64,000 nt of DNA from an uncultured delta proteobacterium (GTDB lineage: Bacteria; Desulfobacterota; Binatia; UBA9968): positions 32,001 through 96,000 of the forward strand of contig CAVXEP010000012.1 of assembly GCA_963760795.1 (NCBI GenBank). The letters are read 5' to 3'. How positions within the stretch are numbered: position 1 is the stretch's first letter; every line of letters starts with the position of its first letter. The translations under genes and the position numbers were made by a program. Of the stretch, positions 23,070-36,750 are shown one piece after another. The notes under the pieces were generated by a model that did not search any database, had not been told where the DNA came from, and saw nothing but the letters and a program-made list of their open reading frames with translations.

Positions 23070-25162
23070 ACGTCATCATCCGACTTGCCGTCAAATTTGG
23101 CGATAATGCCTTCAGCAACCGCCGAGGGAACAGGTTCATAATGGGAAAACTGCATCGTGTAAGTTGCCCGCCCTTGCGTCATCGAACGCACGTCCGTAGC
23201 GTAACCGAACATCTGCGCCAACGGCACCCGCGCATCGATCGCCTGGGCGGCCGGCCGGGTGTCCATACCAAGCACCTTGCCGCGCCGCGAGCTCAAATCG
23301 CCGATCACATCGCCCATGAAATCTTCAGGAACAACGACTTCCACCGACATAATTGGCTCGAGGAGCACCGGACTGGCCTTACGTGCTGCCTGCTTGAAGG
23401 CCATCGAACCAGCGATTTTGAAGGCGATCTCTGAGGAGTCGACATCGTGATAGCTGCCGTCAAACAGGGTTACTTTAACATCGACCACGGGATAGCCGGC
23501 GAGCACCCCATTATCGAGCGCCTCGCGAATGCCCTTCTCGACCGCGGGGATATATTCGCGCGGGATCGATCCACCCTTGACGGCGTCGACGAACACAAAA
23601 CCGCCGCCGGTGGCTTGCGGTTCGAGCTTGATCCAGACATCGCCGTACTGACCGCGACCACCCGTCTGGCGCACGAAACGGCCCTGCTGCTCGACCGCCT
23701 TACGAACCGTCTCGCGATAGGCAACTTGAGGCTTGCCGACGCTGGCGCCGACGCTGAATTCACGGAGCAAACGATCGACGATGATTTCTAGATGCAACTC
23801 ACCCATGCCGGAAATAATTGTCTGGCCGGTTTCTTCGTCGGTGCGCACTCGGAACGACGGATCCTCGGTGGCCAGTTTCTGCAACGACAGGCCGAGCCTT
23901 TCTTGGTCGGCTTTACTCTTGGGTTCGATGGCGATTGATATGACCGGATCCGGGAAATCGATGGACTCAAGGACGATCGGCTTATCTTCATCGCACAGGG
24001 TGTCGCCGGTGGTCGCGGTTCTTAGGCCCACTGCCGCGGCGATATCCCCGGCGTAGACGTCTTTGATCTCTTCCCGCTTGTTGGCGTGCATCTTGAGCAG
24101 CCGGCCGACTCGTTCACGTTTAGTTTTCGTCGAGTTATAAATGCTCGCGCCGGAACTGATGGAGCCCGAATAAACCCGGAAAAACGTCAAGGTACCGACG
24201 AACGGGTCGGTCATGATTTTAAAAGCCAACGCGGAAAACGGCACGTCGTCCCGTGCCGGCCGTTCATCCGGCTTGTCGGTACCGGCAACGACGCCTTTGA
24301 CCGGGGGGATATCGACAGGCGACGGAAGAAAGTCCACCACCGCGTCAAGCATCGGCTGGATGCCCTTGTTGCGGAACGCAGTACCGCAGACTACTGGAAC
24401 TATTTTTAGAGCGAGCGTCGCCTTGCGAATCGCCGCGCGCAGTTCGGCTTCGCTGATCGGTTTGCCGTCGAGATATTTTTCCATCAACGCTTCTTCGGCA
24501 TCGGCGGCCGCCTCAATCAGTTTTTCACGATATTCCTCAGCCTGTTCCTTGACATCGGCGGGAATCTCCTCTTCATGAAACTTTGCGCCCAAACTCTCGT
24601 CTTCCCAGATCACCGCTTTCATGGTGATCAGATCGATGATACCGGTGAATTTATCTTCGGCACCGATGGGCAGCTGCATGACCGCCGGACGGGCGCCTAG
24701 CCGGGTCTCGATCATCTTGACCACACGGAAGAAATCAGCGCCAAGACGATCCATCTTGTTGATGAACGCGAGCCGTGGAACACCATACTTATCTGCCTGG
24801 CGCCAAACGGTTTCCGTCTGCGGTTCGACACCTCCCACCGAACAGAACACCGCCACCGCGCCGTCAAGGACGCGTAGCGAACGTTCGACTTCGATGGTGA
24901 AATCCACATGGCCCGGCGTATCGATGATGTTGACCCGGTGGTCGCGCCAGAAACAGGTGGTCGCCGCCGAAGTGATCGTGATGCCGCGCTCTTGCTCCTG
25001 AACCATCCAGTCCATCGTCGCGGTGCCGTCATGCACTTCACCGATCTTGTAATTGATCCCGGTGTAGTAGAGGATCCGCTCCGTAGTGGTGGTCTTACCG
25101 GCATCAATGTGGGCCATGATGCCGATGTTGCGGGTTTTCTCTAATGCGACGGTTCTAGCCAT
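23066..25162 (-). CDS. fusA: Elongation factor G
   Basis: [40 protein letters not shown]. Confidence 0.99.
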   Translation of the reverse strand: MARTVALEKTRNIGIMAHIDAGKTTTTERILYYTGINYKIGEVHDGTATMDWMVQEQERGITITSAATTCFWRDHRVNIIDTPGHVDFTIEVERSLRVLDGAVAVFCSVGGVEPQTETVWRQADKYGVPRLAFINKMDRLGADFFRVVKMIETRLGARPAVMQLPIGAEDKFTGIIDLITMKAVIWEDESLGAKFHEEEIPADVKEQAEEYREKLIEAAADAEEALMEKYLDGKPISEAELRAAIRKATLALKIVPVVCGTAFRNKGIQPMLDAVVDFLPSPVDIPPVKGVVAGTDKPDERPARDDVPFSALAFKIMTDPFVGTLTFFRVYSGSISSGASIYNSTKTKRERVGRLLKMHANKREEIKDVYAGDIAAAVGLRTATTGDTLCDEDKPIVLESIDFPDPVISIAIEPKSKADQERLGLSLQKLATEDPSFRVRTDEETGQTIISGMGELHLEIIVDRLLREFSVGASVGKPQVAYRETVRKAVEQQGRFVRQTGGRGQYGDVWIKLEPQATGGGFVFVDAVKGGSIPREYIPAVEKGIREALDNGVLAGYPVVDVKVTLFDGSYHDVDSSEIAFKIAGSMAFKQAARKASPVLLEPIMSVEVVVPEDFMGDVIGDLSSRRGKVLGMDTRPAAQAIDARVPLAQMFGYATDVRSMTQGRATYTMQFSHYEPVPSAVAEGIIAKFDGKSDDDV

Positions 25163-25176
25163 TGTCTTTACGCCGG

Positions 25177-25208
25177 AAAAAAAGGAGGCGGTCTAACCGC
25201 CTCCTTTT
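25177..25208 (-). terminator. Intrinsic terminator-like hairpin between rpsG and fusA
   Basis: Minus strand AAAAGGAGGCGG-TTAGA-CCGCCTCC-TTTTTTT. Confidence 0.7.
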
Positions 25209-25231
25209 ACGAACTCAAACTTAAATTTTAC

Positions 25232-25702
25232 TTACCAACGATAGTGTGCGAAGGCCCGATTGGCCTCAGCCATGCGATGCGTGTCTTCTTTTTTCTTGAT
25301 CGCGGTGCCGCGATTGCTTGCGGCATCGATCAATTCCGCCGCCAATTTTTCTTCCATCGATTTTTCGGCGCGGTCGCGAGCCGCATCGATGAGCCAGCGC
25401 ATACTCAACGACAAACGCCGCTGCGGCCGTACTTCAACGGGCACCTGATAGGTCGCGCCGCCGACACGGCGCGAACGGACCTCGACGGTGGGCCGGGTGT
25501 TCTCGATGGCACGTTTGAAGATACCCAAGGAATCTTCTTTGGTCCTGGCGGTAATGATATCGAGGCTATGATAGAGAATCGATTCCGCGACGCTTTTCTT
25601 GCCCTGATTCATGATCGTGTTGACAAACTTAGCCACGACCTTATCGCCGTACTTGGGATCTGGTAAAATTTCTCGTTTTCTTACTTCACCTTTACGCGGC
25701 AT
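25232..25702 (-). CDS. rpsG: 30S ribosomal protein S7
   Basis: [27 protein letters not shown]. Confidence 0.99.
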   Translation of the reverse strand: MPRKGEVRKREILPDPKYGDKVVAKFVNTIMNQGKKSVAESILYHSLDIITARTKEDSLGIFKRAIENTRPTVEVRSRRVGGATYQVPVEVRPQRRLSLSMRWLIDAARDRAEKSMEEKLAAELIDAASNRGTAIKKKEDTHRMAEANRAFAHYRW

Positions 25703-25707
25703 AAATA

Positions 25708-26079
25708 TTACTTCGGTTTCTTAGCGCCATATTTGGAGCGGCTTTGACGGCGATCTTGAACCCCGATGGAATCCAGCGTGCCGCGGACAATATGATAACG
25801 TACTCCGGGTAGATCCTTGACGCGGCCGCCGCGAATCAAAACCACCGAGTGCTCCTGTAAGTTGTGACCGACACCGGGAATGTAGGAGGTCACTTCGATG
25901 CCATTGGTTAAGCGCACGCGGGCAACTTTACGCAGCGCCGAGTTGGGTTTCTTCGGTGTAGAGGTGTAGACACGAGTGCACACACCGCGTTTCTGCGGGC
26001 AGCTTTGGAGCGCCGGCGCGGTATTCTTACGACGCTGCTTCTCCCGGCTCTGACGCACTAATTGACTAATAGTTGGCAT
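25708..26079 (-). CDS. rpsL: 30S ribosomal protein S12
   Basis: [26 protein letters not shown]. Confidence 0.99.
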   Translation of the reverse strand: MPTISQLVRQSREKQRRKNTAPALQSCPQKRGVCTRVYTSTPKKPNSALRKVARVRLTNGIEVTSYIPGVGHNLQEHSVVLIRGGRVKDLPGVRYHIVRGTLDSIGVQDRRQSRSKYGAKKPK

Positions 26080-26156
26080 ACTTAATTTTTTCTCATCGAT
26101 CTCGCTAGGATTCGGAGGAGCGAATCAAACCTCTCAGGCTCCCTAGCAAAATCCTT

Positions 26157-26185
26157 TATTTAACAAAATTATCCGCAAATGTCAA
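26157..26185 (-). promoter_or_regulatory. Putative sigma70 promoter of rpsL
   Basis: TTGACA-17 bp-TAAATA with TG extended -10, about 80 nt upstream of rpsL. Confidence 0.5.
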
Positions 26186-26188
26186 AGC

Positions 26189-29100
26189 TTAGGCTTCCGC
26201 TACCTCGTGCAATTGAGCCACGCCGTCTTCCACTTCGTCGATTTCGATCTCGGCCTTGGCATAGTTGGTCACCCCAGTGCCGGCAGGAATTAGCCGGCCC
26301 ATAATGACGTTCTCTTTCAAGCCGCGCAGCAAGTCGACTTTACCTTGGATCGCCGCCTCCGTAAGAACCTTTGTGGTCTCCTGGAACGACGCCGCGGAGA
26401 TAAAGCTTTCGGTAGATAACGACGCCTTGGTAATCCCCAGGAGGAGCGGCTCGGCGACCGCGGGCTTGCCATTTTCGGCAATGACCCGGTGGTTTTCGTC
26501 CTCGAAACGCCACTTCTCGATCTGGTCGCCGACCAAGAACTCGGCGTCGCCGACATCTTTGATGCGCACACGGCGCAACATTTGACGCACGATGACCTCG
26601 ATATGCTTATCGTTGATGCGCACGCCTTGGAGCCGGTAAATCTCTTGCACTTCATCGACGAGATACTTGGCCAAGGCCTTTTCGCCAAGAATGTTAAGAA
26701 TGTCGTGGGGATTGGACGAACCGTCCATCAACGCCTCGCCGGCGCGAATGCGGTCGCCGTCATGGACGCTGATATGCTTGCCTTTAGGAATCAAATACTC
26801 GCGCGCCTCGCCAACTTCCGGCGTGACCACGACTTTGCGTTTCCCCTTGGTGTCCTTACCGAAAGAGACCGCACCGTCGATCTCACTGATCACCGCGAAC
26901 TCTTTCGGCTTGCGCGCTTCGAAGAGTTCTGCCACCCGCGGCAAACCACCGGTGATGTCTTTGGTCTTGGTGGTTTCGCGCGGGATCTTCGCCAAGATAT
27001 CGCCGGCGAATACGTCCTGGCCATCTTGCACGTTGATATGCGCGCCCACCGGAATCAAATAACGCGCTTCCGCGGTGGCGGTAAGTCGGGTGGTCTGGCC
27101 TTGCGTGTCCTTGATCGAAATGCGCGGCCGCTTGTCGATATCTTTGGAGTCGATGATAACCTTGGTCGATAGCCCGGTGCGCTCATCGACCTTCTCTTCC
27201 ATGGTGATATTTTCGATAACGTCGCCGAACTTAACCGGGCCGCTCACCTCGGTGAGAATCGGGATTGTGTAGGGATCCCATTCTGCCAGCAGTTCGCCGG
27301 CTTTGATTTTAGCGCCGTCCTTCTTTTTAAGTTTCGCGCCGTAGACCACTGGATAGCGCTCGCGTTCCCGCACGCGACCCTTCTCGCCCTCGGGATAATC
27401 GACGATGGCAACTTCGCCGTTACGGTTCATAACGACGAAATCGCCGTCTTTGTTGGTCACGGTGTTGACGTTGATGAACTTGAGATTGCCGTCATTGCGC
27501 GCCTCTAACGTCGTCTGTTCAGCGCGCCGGCTTGCCGTACCGCCGATGTGGAAGGTCCGCATGGTCAACTGCGTTCCCGGCTCGCCGATGGATTGAGCAG
27601 CGGTGACTCCGACCGCTTCGCCCATATTGATCATATGACCACGGCCCAAGTCGCGGCCGTAGCACATGATACAAACGCCACGGCGGGACGCGCAGGTTAA
27701 GACGGAACGAATCTTGAGCCGCTCTAAACCCGCATCCTCGACCCGCTGGACCAATTCTTCGTTGATTTCTTGGTTGGCCTTGACGATGACTTCGCCGGTG
27801 AAGGGATCGATTACATCTTCCAGCGCTACGCGGCCGAGCACACGGTCGCCAAGCGGCTCGATCACTTCGCCGCCCTCCATGAGCGGCGTGATCTCGATGC
27901 CATCCATAGTACCGCAATCTTCTTCGCCGATGACGGCGTCCTGAGCGACGTCGACGAGACGACGCGTCAAGTAGCCGGAATTGGCGGTTTTCAAAGCCGT
28001 ATCCGCGAGACCCTTACGGGCGCCGTGGGTCGAGATAAAATACTGCAGCACGGTCAAACCTTCGCGGAAATTAGCCGTGATCGGGGTCTCGATGATTTCA
28101 CCGGAGGGTTTCGCCATCAAACCGCGCATACCGGCCAATTGGCGAATTTGCTGCGCGCTACCGCGGGCGCCGGAGTCAGCCATCATGAAAATCGGATTGA
28201 AGCTCGGCACCGTAAACTCGTGCCCTTGTTCGTCAGTAATCTTCTCCGAACCCAAGTCGCCAAGCATTTGATCGGCGATGCGGTCGGTGACCTCAGCCCA
28301 GATGTCGACCACTTTGTTATAGCGCTCGCCGTCGGTGATTAGCCCATTCTTGTATTGTTCCTCGATCTCACGCACGTCGTCATGGGCCTTCTTGAGCATC
28401 GCCTCTTTGGTCGGCGGAATCAGCATGTCTTTAATCGAGATCGAGATACCCGCCTTGGTGGCATGGTGATAGCCGACATCTTTTAGTCGATCGGCGAGAA
28501 TTACCGTCGCCTTGTTACCGGCCAGACGAAAGCTGATGTCGATCAGGTTCGCGAGCTCTTTCTTCTTCATCACCCGATTGACTTCCTTGAAAGGAATCAC
28601 TTCGGGAACGACATCGTAAAGCAGTACGCGGCCGGTGGTAGTGTCGACCCGTTCACCGTCGATGCGCACGGTGATCGGCGCCTGGAGATCCACTTCGCCT
28701 TGGTCGTAAGCGACGCGAACTTCGGTTGGACTGCTGAACAACCGGCCGCTGCCCTTGGCGTGCAAGCGGTCGCGGGTCATGTAATACAAGCCCAAGACGA
28801 TATCCTGCGTCGGTACAATGATCGGCTTACCATGGGCTGGCGATAAAATATTGTTGGTCGACATCATCAAGGTGCGAGCTTCAACTTGGGCTTCGACGGA
28901 CAACGGCACATGCACGGCCATTTGATCGCCGTCGAAATCGGCGTTGTAAGCGGCGCACACCAGCGGATGCAGTTGAATCGCCTTACCTTCGATCAAAATC
29001 GGCTCGAAGGCTTGGATGCCTAAACGATGCAGCGTCGGCGCCCGGTTGAGCAGCACGGGATGTTCGCGGATGACTTCATCGAGAATATCCCAGACTTCCG

Positions 29101-30316
29101 GCAACTCGCGCTCGACCATCTTTTTGGCGCTCTTGATCGTCGTCACATGGCCGCGCTCTTCGAGTTTGTTGTAAATAAACGGCTTGAAAAGCTCGAGGGC
29201 CATCTTTTTCGGCAGACCGCACTGATGCAAGCGCAACTCAGGACCGACGACGATTACCGAACGGCCCGAATAGTCGACGCGCTTGCCCAGCAAGTTCTGG
29301 CGGAAGCGGCCGGTTTTGCCCTTGAGCATCTCGCTCAAAGATTTGAGCGGCCGGCGGTTTTGGCCGGTAATCGCCCGGCCGCGGCGACCGTTGTCGAATA
29401 AGGCATCCACCGCTTCTTGCAGCATGCGCTTTTCGTTGCGGATGATCATGTCCGGCGCGCTCAATTCCATCAGCCGTTTGAGCCGGTTGTTGCGATTGAT
29501 GACGCGGCGATAGAGATCGTTTAAGTCCGAGGTCGCGAAACGGCCGCCGTCGAGGGGTACCAGGGGACGTAGGTCCGGTGGAATTACCGGAATCACTTCC
29601 ATCACCATCCACTCCGGACGGTTGCCCGAGGTCCGGAACGCGGTCAAAACTTTTAGGCGCTTGGCCATTTTCTTGCGCCGCACTTCAGAATTAGCGTCGC
29701 GCATTTCCTGGCGTAATTCGTCGGCGACCTTAGGGATATCGATCTCTTTGAGCAGCTTACGCACCGCCTCGGCGCCCATTCCCGCGACAAACTTGCCGCC
29801 GTACTCTTCGACCGCCTTGCGGTAGCGCGCCTCGGTCAAGAGTTCCTTGTATTGCAGCGGCGTCTCGCCTGGATCGACAACGATATAGGACTCGAAGTAG
29901 AGCACCTTCTCGATGTCTTTGAGCGACATGTCGAGCAGCGCGCCGATGCGGCTGGGCAGGCTTTTCAAAAACCAGATATGAACGACCGGCGTGGCCAGTT
30001 CGATATGGCCCATGCGCTCGCGCCGTACTTTGGACTGAATGACTTCGACGCCGCATTTCTCGCAGACCACGCCGCGATGGCGCATGCGTTTATACTTGCC
30101 ACAGTTGCACTCGTAATCCTTGGTCGGACCAAAGATCTTAGCGCAAAACAAACCATCGCGTTCCGGCTTGAAGGTCCGGTAGTTGATGGTCTCCGGCTTT
30201 TTTACTTCGCCATGGGACCAAGAGCGAATTTTTTCCGGCGAAGCGACGGAAACTTTGATCGCGTTAAAACTGAGCGGATTTTTCGGTTTTTCAAATAAAT
30301 TAAACAGATCTTCCAT
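26189..30316 (-). CDS. rpoC: RNA polymerase beta' subunit
   Basis: [13 protein letters not shown]-terminal Zn finger, 1375 aa. Confidence 0.99.
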   Translation of the reverse strand: MEDLFNLFEKPKNPLSFNAIKVSVASPEKIRSWSHGEVKKPETINYRTFKPERDGLFCAKIFGPTKDYECNCGKYKRMRHRGVVCEKCGVEVIQSKVRRERMGHIELATPVVHIWFLKSLPSRIGALLDMSLKDIEKVLYFESYIVVDPGETPLQYKELLTEARYRKAVEEYGGKFVAGMGAEAVRKLLKEIDIPKVADELRQEMRDANSEVRRKKMAKRLKVLTAFRTSGNRPEWMVMEVIPVIPPDLRPLVPLDGGRFATSDLNDLYRRVINRNNRLKRLMELSAPDMIIRNEKRMLQEAVDALFDNGRRGRAITGQNRRPLKSLSEMLKGKTGRFRQNLLGKRVDYSGRSVIVVGPELRLHQCGLPKKMALELFKPFIYNKLEERGHVTTIKSAKKMVERELPEVWDILDEVIREHPVLLNRAPTLHRLGIQAFEPILIEGKAIQLHPLVCAAYNADFDGDQMAVHVPLSVEAQVEARTLMMSTNNILSPAHGKPIIVPTQDIVLGLYYMTRDRLHAKGSGRLFSSPTEVRVAYDQGEVDLQAPITVRIDGERVDTTTGRVLLYDVVPEVIPFKEVNRVMKKKELANLIDISFRLAGNKATVILADRLKDVGYHHATKAGISISIKDMLIPPTKEAMLKKAHDDVREIEEQYKNGLITDGERYNKVVDIWAEVTDRIADQMLGDLGSEKITDEQGHEFTVPSFNPIFMMADSGARGSAQQIRQLAGMRGLMAKPSGEIIETPITANFREGLTVLQYFISTHGARKGLADTALKTANSGYLTRRLVDVAQDAVIGEEDCGTMDGIEITPLMEGGEVIEPLGDRVLGRVALEDVIDPFTGEVIVKANQEINEELVQRVEDAGLERLKIRSVLTCASRRGVCIMCYGRDLGRGHMINMGEAVGVTAAQSIGEPGTQLTMRTFHIGGTASRRAEQTTLEARNDGNLKFINVNTVTNKDGDFVVMNRNGEVAIVDYPEGEKGRVRERERYPVVYGAKLKKKDGAKIKAGELLAEWDPYTIPILTEVSGPVKFGDVIENITMEEKVDERTGLSTKVIIDSKDIDKRPRISIKDTQGQTTRLTATAEARYLIPVGAHINVQDGQDVFAGDILAKIPRETTKTKDITGGLPRVAELFEARKPKEFAVISEIDGAVSFGKDTKGKRKVVVTPEVGEAREYLIPKGKHISVHDGDRIRAGEALMDGSSNPHDILNILGEKALAKYLVDEVQEIYRLQGVRINDKHIEVIVRQMLRRVRIKDVGDAEFLVGDQIEKWRFEDENHRVIAENGKPAVAEPLLLGITKASLSTESFISAASFQETTKVLTEAAIQGKVDLLRGLKENVIMGRLIPAGTGVTNYAKAEIEIDEVEDGVAQLHEVAEA

Positions 30317-30362
30317 ATCAGGATCACCTCCGGTGTGAGCGGCACAGCCGTACTGGGGTTAC

Positions 30363-33300
30363 CTACTTTTCTTCAACGAGATCGACATCCAAGCCTAGGC
30401 TTTGGAGCTCTTTCACCATGACGTTGAACGACTCGGGCAGTCCCGGTTCGAGCAGGTTGTCGCCTTTGACGATCGCCTCGTACATTCGGGTGCGCCCGAC
30501 GACATCGTCGGACTTGACCGTCAGCATCTCTTGCAAAGTATAGGCGGCGCCATAAGCCTCGAGCGCCCAGACCTCCATCTCGCCCAAACGCTGGCCGCCA
30601 AACTGGGCCTTACCGCCCAAGGGCTGTTGGGTAACGAGAGAGTAAGGTCCAGTCGAGCGCGCATGGATCTTGTCGTCGACCAAGTGATGCAGCTTCATGA
30701 TGTACATGACGCCGACAGTCACTTTGCCGTCGAAAGCTTCGCCGGTCCGGCCGTCGAACAAGGTCGCCTGGCCGCTAGCCGGCAAGCCGGCTTTGCGAAT
30801 TAAGTTAAAAATTTCTTCTTCCGCCGCCCCGTCAAATACTGGCGAAGCGATGCGCACGCCGTCGCGATATTTGGCCGCGAGCTTCAACACCTCGGCGTCT
30901 TTAGCACCGTCGATCAACTCGTTGGCATCGCGGGTATTCAAGTAGTCCTTCAAGCGCCGCCGCAGGGGATCGATATCGCCACCCTGCGCGCGTAACAAAT
31001 CGCCGATTTGGTGCCCCAAGCTACGTGCCGCCCAGCCCAAATGAGCCTCGAGAATTTGGCCGACGTTCATGCGCGACGGGACACCCAACGGATTCAACAC
31101 CACATCGACGGGAGTACCATCCTCTAAATACGGCATGTCCTCTTCGGGCAGGATGCGAGAAATGACACCCTTATTACCGTGCCGTCCGGCCATTTTGTCG
31201 CCCACTTGCAGCTTACGCTTGATGGCGACAAAGACTTTGACCATCTTGATGACGCCGGGGGGCAGCTCATCGCCGCCTTTGAGTTTTTCGATCTTGTCAT
31301 CGAAAGCATGCTTGATCAGGTTGACCTGAGTGGTCGTGCTCTCGATGATCCGGCCGAGTTCGCTTTCCACGGATTCATTATCGACTTGGATCTCACTCCA
31401 GTAGGACATCGGCAGCTGATCGAGATCCTCCTCGGTCACCTCCTGCCCCTTGTTGAGTAAGACCTTGCGGCTATCGTCGCTGATGCGGCTCGCCAAGCGC
31501 CGGCCAACCAGCAATTTTTTCAGCCGGCGGAGCGCACCTTCTTGGAGAATGCGCACTTCGTCATGCTGATCTTTACGTAGCCGGGTAACTTCTTCGTCCT
31601 CAATTGATCGGCTGCGCTCATCCTTGCCCAATCCTTTGCGCGAAAAAATCCTTACATTAATGACCGTGCCTTCGACGCCGGGGGGCACCCGCAGCGAGGT
31701 ATCGCGCACTTCGCCGGCCTTCTCGCCAAAGATCGCCCGCAACAGTTTTTCTTCCGGCGACAGTTGGGTTTCCCCCTTGGGGGTAATCTTGCCGACCAGG
31801 ATATGGCCCGGTTTAACCTCGGCGCCGATGCGAATGATGCCGCTCTCGTCGAGATCGGTAAGCGCCTCGTCGCCGACATTCGGAATATCCCGGGTGATTT
31901 CCTCGGGGCCTAATTTCGTGTCGCGCGACACGCACTCGAACTCTTCGATGTGGATCGATGTATAAATATCCTCTTTGACCACCCGTTCGTTGATGAGAAT
32001 CGAATCTTCGAAGTTGTACCCGCCCCAGGGCATCAGCGCAACGACGACGTTGCGTCCCAATGCCAGCTCGCCCATCTCAGTGGACGGACCATCGGCGATG
32101 ACATCGCCGGCTTTGACTTGATCGCCGACCACGACGATCGGCCGCTGGTTATTACAAGTATTTTGATTGGAGCGCTGATACTTGACCAGGTTGTAAATAT
32201 CGACACCGGTATCCCGCGAACCGCCCGGCTTGTCGGCTTTGACGACGATGCGCGTGGAATCAACATTTTCGACCAAGCCGTCGCGGCGCGCAACGATAGT
32301 GACGCCGGAATCTCGCGCAACAGTCCGCTCCATGCCGGTACCGACAAACGGCGCTTCGGTGCGCAATAGCGGTACGGCTTGGCGCTGCATGTTGGAACCC
32401 ATCAAGGCGCGGTTGGCATCGTCGTTTTCCAAGAACGGAATGAGCGAAGCCGCTACGCTGACTAACTGATTCGGCGACACGTCCATGAAGTTGACTTCTT
32501 CGGGACGGGCCATGACAAACTCACCGCCCTTACGCGATGAGACCAAGTCCGCCGAAAAATTACCACGACCGTCGATCGGCGCATTGGCCTGGGCGATCAC
32601 ATGATCTTCTTCTTCGAGAGCCGATAGATAACGGATTCGATCGCTAACCTTGCCATTTTCTACTTCCCGGTAGGGAGTCTCGATGAATCCGAAATCGTTC
32701 ACCCGCGCATAGGTGGTCAACGAAGCGATCAGACCGATGTTCGGACCTTCAGGGGTTTCGATCGGACAGACCCGGCCATAATGGGTCGGATGCACGTCGC
32801 GCACTTCGAAACCGGCACGCTCGCGAGTTAGACCGCCGGGACCGAGAGCCGAGAGCCGCCGCTTGTGGGTAATTTCCGACAGCGGATTGGTCTGATCCAT
32901 GAACTGCGACAGCTGGCTGGAGCCAAAGAACTCTTTGAGCGCCGCTGATACCGGCTTGTAGTTGATCAGTTCCTGGGGCATCAGAGTCTCGATGTCCTGC
33001 AAGCTCATCTTTTCCTTGATCGCTCGCTCCATGCGCACCAGGCCGACACGGAAGTGGTTTTCGACGAGTTCACCGACGGCACGTACACGGCGATTACCCA
33101 GGTGATCGATATCGTCCACCGAACCGTGGCCGTTCTTGAGCTCCATCAGGTACCGCACCACTTCGAGGATATCCTCTTTGCGCAGCGTGCCCTGCTCCAG
33201 CGGGATATTGAGCTTGAGCCGATGGTTGAGCTTCAAGCGGCCGACCTTGGATAGGTCATAGCGATCGGGATTGAAAAACAGGTTGTTAAAAAAGTTGGTC

Positions 33301-34466
33301 GACGATTCCACCGTCGGAGGATCGCCGGGCCGCAAGCGCCGGTAGATCTCCAGGATGGCATCTTGAGGGGAGCGTATGCGGTCTTGCAGCAACGTGTTGC
33401 GCAAGTAAGGACCAACGTTCGATTCGTCGATAAACAGTACTTCGATATGAGTGAGACCTTTGTCACGGATCAGGTCGAGCTTCTCCTGCGTGATCTCGTG
33501 ATTGCATTCGACCAGAACCTCTTTGCCATGGGGGTCGACGACGTCATGAGCCGCGACTCGGCCGAGAATCTCTTCCAGCGCGATGGGCACCTGCTTGATC
33601 CGCGCCGCTTCCATTTGGCGCAGCACCTGCCGGGTGAACTTCTTGCCTTCTTTAACGATGATATCATTGGACTTCGGATCGCGCACATCGGCGCTGACCT
33701 TCGCCCCCAACAGATGGCTGGCATTGAACTCCAGCATGGACTTGCGCCCATCGAAGTAAATTGAATCGCTCCGATAATAGTAGTTGAGCAAGTCCTCGCT
33801 AGTCATGCCTAGTGCGCGCAACAACACGGTAGCGTGAAACTTACGCCGCCGGTCGATGCGTACATAAACCACGTCGCGAGGGTCGAATTCGAGATCGACC
33901 CAAGAGCCACGGTAGGGAATCACCCGCGCCGAATAGAGCAACTTGCCGCTGGCGTGGGTCTTTCCCTTGTCGTGCTCAAAGAAAACTCCCGGCGAGCGGT
34001 GCAATTGGCTGACAATGACCCGCTCGGTACCGTTAATCATGAAGGTACCGTTGATCGTCATGAGCGGGACTTCACCGAAGTAAACTTCCTGCTCTTTGAC
34101 GTTCTTGATGCTACGCGCGCCGGTCTGCTGGTCAACATCCCACAGCACCAACTGCACGGTAACTTTTAACGGCGCGGCGAAAGTCATGCCCCGCTGGTGA
34201 CATTCCTCAACGTCATACTTGGGTTCGCCGAGGGTATAACTGACAAATTCCAAAGAAGCGGTTTCGTTAAAATCCTTAATCGGGAAAACCGACTTAAAAA
34301 CTTCCTGCAGTCCCATGTTCTGGCGCTCCGTCGGCGCCACATCTTTCTGCAGGAACAGCTCGTAAGAGTTTTTCTGGATTTCGATCAAATACGGGAGTTC
34401 GATAATTTTTCGAATTCTCCCGAAGCTACGGCGGAATCGTAAGTTATTGGCAACCTGAAATGCCAT
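30363..34466 (-). CDS. rpoB: RNA polymerase beta subunit
   Basis: [37 protein letters not shown], 1367 aa. Confidence 0.99.
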   Translation of the reverse strand: MAFQVANNLRFRRSFGRIRKIIELPYLIEIQKNSYELFLQKDVAPTERQNMGLQEVFKSVFPIKDFNETASLEFVSYTLGEPKYDVEECHQRGMTFAAPLKVTVQLVLWDVDQQTGARSIKNVKEQEVYFGEVPLMTINGTFMINGTERVIVSQLHRSPGVFFEHDKGKTHASGKLLYSARVIPYRGSWVDLEFDPRDVVYVRIDRRRKFHATVLLRALGMTSEDLLNYYYRSDSIYFDGRKSMLEFNASHLLGAKVSADVRDPKSNDIIVKEGKKFTRQVLRQMEAARIKQVPIALEEILGRVAAHDVVDPHGKEVLVECNHEITQEKLDLIRDKGLTHIEVLFIDESNVGPYLRNTLLQDRIRSPQDAILEIYRRLRPGDPPTVESSTNFFNNLFFNPDRYDLSKVGRLKLNHRLKLNIPLEQGTLRKEDILEVVRYLMELKNGHGSVDDIDHLGNRRVRAVGELVENHFRVGLVRMERAIKEKMSLQDIETLMPQELINYKPVSAALKEFFGSSQLSQFMDQTNPLSEITHKRRLSALGPGGLTRERAGFEVRDVHPTHYGRVCPIETPEGPNIGLIASLTTYARVNDFGFIETPYREVENGKVSDRIRYLSALEEEDHVIAQANAPIDGRGNFSADLVSSRKGGEFVMARPEEVNFMDVSPNQLVSVAASLIPFLENDDANRALMGSNMQRQAVPLLRTEAPFVGTGMERTVARDSGVTIVARRDGLVENVDSTRIVVKADKPGGSRDTGVDIYNLVKYQRSNQNTCNNQRPIVVVGDQVKAGDVIADGPSTEMGELALGRNVVVALMPWGGYNFEDSILINERVVKEDIYTSIHIEEFECVSRDTKLGPEEITRDIPNVGDEALTDLDESGIIRIGAEVKPGHILVGKITPKGETQLSPEEKLLRAIFGEKAGEVRDTSLRVPPGVEGTVINVRIFSRKGLGKDERSRSIEDEEVTRLRKDQHDEVRILQEGALRRLKKLLVGRRLASRISDDSRKVLLNKGQEVTEEDLDQLPMSYWSEIQVDNESVESELGRIIESTTTQVNLIKHAFDDKIEKLKGGDELPPGVIKMVKVFVAIKRKLQVGDKMAGRHGNKGVISRILPEEDMPYLEDGTPVDVVLNPLGVPSRMNVGQILEAHLGWAARSLGHQIGDLLRAQGGDIDPLRRRLKDYLNTRDANELIDGAKDAEVLKLAAKYRDGVRIASPVFDGAAEEEIFNLIRKAGLPASGQATLFDGRTGEAFDGKVTVGVMYIMKLHHLVDDKIHARSTGPYSLVTQQPLGGKAQFGGQRLGEMEVWALEAYGAAYTLQEMLTVKSDDVVGRTRMYEAIVKGDNLLEPGLPESFNVMVKELQSLGLDVDLVEEK

Positions 34467-34540
34467 GCGTACTCCTCTCTCGGACTAGCGGTTAACGATC
34501 CATTTCAAATCATTCAACGGAACGACCGACTGCGAGAGAA

Positions 34541-34915
34541 TTACTTGATTTCGACCTTGGCGCCCTGTTCTTCGAGCTTCTTCTTGATGTTCTCGGCATC
34601 GGCCTTGGAAACACTCTCTTTGACCGGCTTGGGCGCGCCATCGACTAGATCTTTGGCTTCTTTCAAACCCAACCCAGTGAGCTCGCGGACAACTTTGATG
34701 ACCTGAATTTTTTTCTCACCGGCTGCGGCGAGAATGACGTTAAATTCAGTTTTCTCTTCCACCGCCGCGGCCGCGGGGCCGGCTGCAGCGGCTGCTACCG
34801 GAGCGGCAGCGCTAACACCTAACTCCTCTTCGAGCTCTTTCACTAGAGTCGCCGCATCCATCAAACTCATGTTCTTGATGAAATCCTTAACTTGTTCTTT
34901 CGATACGCCTTCCAT
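34541..34915 (-). CDS. rplL: 50S ribosomal protein L7/L12
   Basis: [21 protein letters not shown]. Confidence 0.99.
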   Translation of the reverse strand: MEGVSKEQVKDFIKNMSLMDAATLVKELEEELGVSAAAPVAAAAAGPAAAAVEEKTEFNVILAAAGEKKIQVIKVVRELTGLGLKEAKDLVDGAPKPVKESVSKADAENIKKKLEEQGAKVEIK

Positions 34916-34951
34916 AACGTTCCCCCCTTTAAAATTTCTGCTAGGTAATTG

Positions 34952-35494
34952 TTATTCGCCCTTGGTTTTGCGCAATGATTCGAGCAAGCGCACCATCTGC
35001 GCGCCGGGTTCCTGAATTGTGCGTAGCAACTGGGTCGCCGGTGCGTTGATGGTCGCCAACAGCTTCGCTTGTAATTCAGGTTTACTGGGCATCTGCGACA
35101 GGACTTTAACTCCCGCCGGGTCCATGAAACGGCCCTCGAACACGCCGCCCTTAATCGTCAATTTATCGTTGTCGCCGGCGAACTTGAGCAAAGTTTTGGA
35201 GAGTAAAACCGGGTCATCGTAGGCGAACACCCAGCCGTTAGGACCTTCAAGCAACTTTTCCAATTCGCCGTAGACGGTGTCTTTGAGCGCACGCCGCACC
35301 AAGGTATTTTTGATCACCTGATATTCGCCGGAAACCTGGCGCACTTCGCGGCGCAACTTAGTCATCTGCGCAACCGTCAATCCGCGGTATTCCGTGACAA
35401 TCGCCATCTTGGCGGACATGAGCCGCTCGTGTATGGCGTTCACCGCTTCCAATTTCTCGCCGTAACCGGCACGGACAACTTGCGCTTCCGACAT
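34952..35494 (-). CDS. rplJ: 50S ribosomal protein L10
   Basis: YRGLTVAQMTKLR, VIKNTL, IKGG; position between rplA and rplL. Confidence 0.97.
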   Translation of the reverse strand: MSEAQVVRAGYGEKLEAVNAIHERLMSAKMAIVTEYRGLTVAQMTKLRREVRQVSGEYQVIKNTLVRRALKDTVYGELEKLLEGPNGWVFAYDDPVLLSKTLLKFAGDNDKLTIKGGVFEGRFMDPAGVKVLSQMPSKPELQAKLLATINAPATQLLRTIQEPGAQMVRLLESLRKTKGE

Positions 35495-35556
35495 TTTCTT
35501 CTCCTGGACTCTACTCTGATCAGTATTGATGAAGCCTGGCTAACGATCCGGAACCA

Positions 35557-36261
35557 TTAGGCTGCCATCGCCCGGATCTGTGCCAAATCGATTTTGATTC
35601 CCGGCCCCATGGTAGTGGCGATAGTGACGCCCTTAACGTAGTTCCCCTTGGCCGACGCCGGCTTGGCGCGCAGGATAGTCAACAGGACCATCCGCGCATT
35701 GTCGATCAATTGTTCGGCGGAAAATGACGCGCGGCCTACCGGTACATGAACGATGCCCGCTTTGTCGACGCGAAATTCCAGCTTACCCGCCTTGATTTCT
35801 CTGACCGCCTTACCGATGTCCAAACTCACCGTACCGGTCTTAGGGTTGGGCATGAGGCCACGGGGACCGAGGATCTTACCAATGCGGCCAACAGCGGCCA
35901 TCATATCCGGAGTAGCCACCGCCTTGTCAAAGTCCAGCCAGCCTTCGCTAATCTTTTTGATCAATTCGTCGCTACCGATAAAATCGGCACCGGCTTCTTG
36001 AGCCTCGCGCTCCTTTTCACCTTTGGCAAAGGCCAACACACGGACAGTTTTACCCATACCGTGGGGCAACGCTACCGTGCCACGAATATTCTGATCGGCT
36101 TGGCGCGGATCGACACCCAGGCGAATCGCTATATCGACGGTTTCATCAAATTTGGCGCGGGCGGTTTCCTTGACCAACTTCAGACTATCTTCCAACTGGT
36201 AGCGCTGGTTGCGATCGACCTTATCCAGAACCTTGCGATAGCTTTTTCCGATTCCACTCAT
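35557..36261 (-). CDS. rplA: 50S ribosomal protein L1
   Basis: [22 protein letters not shown]. Confidence 0.99.
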   Translation of the reverse strand: MSGIGKSYRKVLDKVDRNQRYQLEDSLKLVKETARAKFDETVDIAIRLGVDPRQADQNIRGTVALPHGMGKTVRVLAFAKGEKEREAQEAGADFIGSDELIKKISEGWLDFDKAVATPDMMAAVGRIGKILGPRGLMPNPKTGTVSLDIGKAVREIKAGKLEFRVDKAGIVHVPVGRASFSAEQLIDNARMVLLTILRAKPASAKGNYVKGVTIATTMGPGIKIDLAQIRAMAA

Positions 36262-36301
36262 GGCATCCTCTATTTCGCTGGGTCAATTAAGATTGCGCGC
36301 A

Positions 36302-36727
36302 CTAGCCTTCGACTTCTAAGCCAATGCTGCGCGCGGTTCCGGCAACAGATTTTTCCGCGGCCGCCAAGTCACTGGCCGTCAGATCTTTGAGTTTTAACTC
36401 CGCAATCTCTCTGACTTGAGCCCTAGTCACCTTGCCGACCTTGGTCTTACCCGGCTCCTTAGAACCCTTTTCCAGTCCGGCGGCCTTTTTGAGCAATACC
36501 GACGCGGGCGGTGTCTTGGTGACAAAAGTAAATGACCTGTCGGCATAGACCGTGATGACCACCGGTGTAACCATACCGATCTGCGTTTGAGTGGCGGCAT
36601 TGAAAGCCTTGCAGAACTCCATGATATTAACGCCGCGCTGGCCGAGCGCCGGGCCCACCGGCGGGCTAGGATTCGCCTGACCCGCAGGGATCTGTAATTT
36701 GATTTCACCGATGACTTTCTTAGCCAT
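36302..36727 (-). CDS. rplK: 50S ribosomal protein L11
   Basis: [26 protein letters not shown]. Confidence 0.99.
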   Translation of the reverse strand: MAKKVIGEIKLQIPAGQANPSPPVGPALGQRGVNIMEFCKAFNAATQTQIGMVTPVVITVYADRSFTFVTKTPPASVLLKKAAGLEKGSKEPGKTKVGKVTRAQVREIAELKLKDLTASDLAAAEKSVAGTARSIGLEVEG

Positions 36728-36750
36728 TGCTTTCGATCCTTCTAATCAAA

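Noticed and set aside
25708-34466. Resistance alleles in rpsL or the rpoB rifampicin region
   Set aside because: PKKPNS, RVKDLP and [20 protein letters not shown] are wild-type-like.
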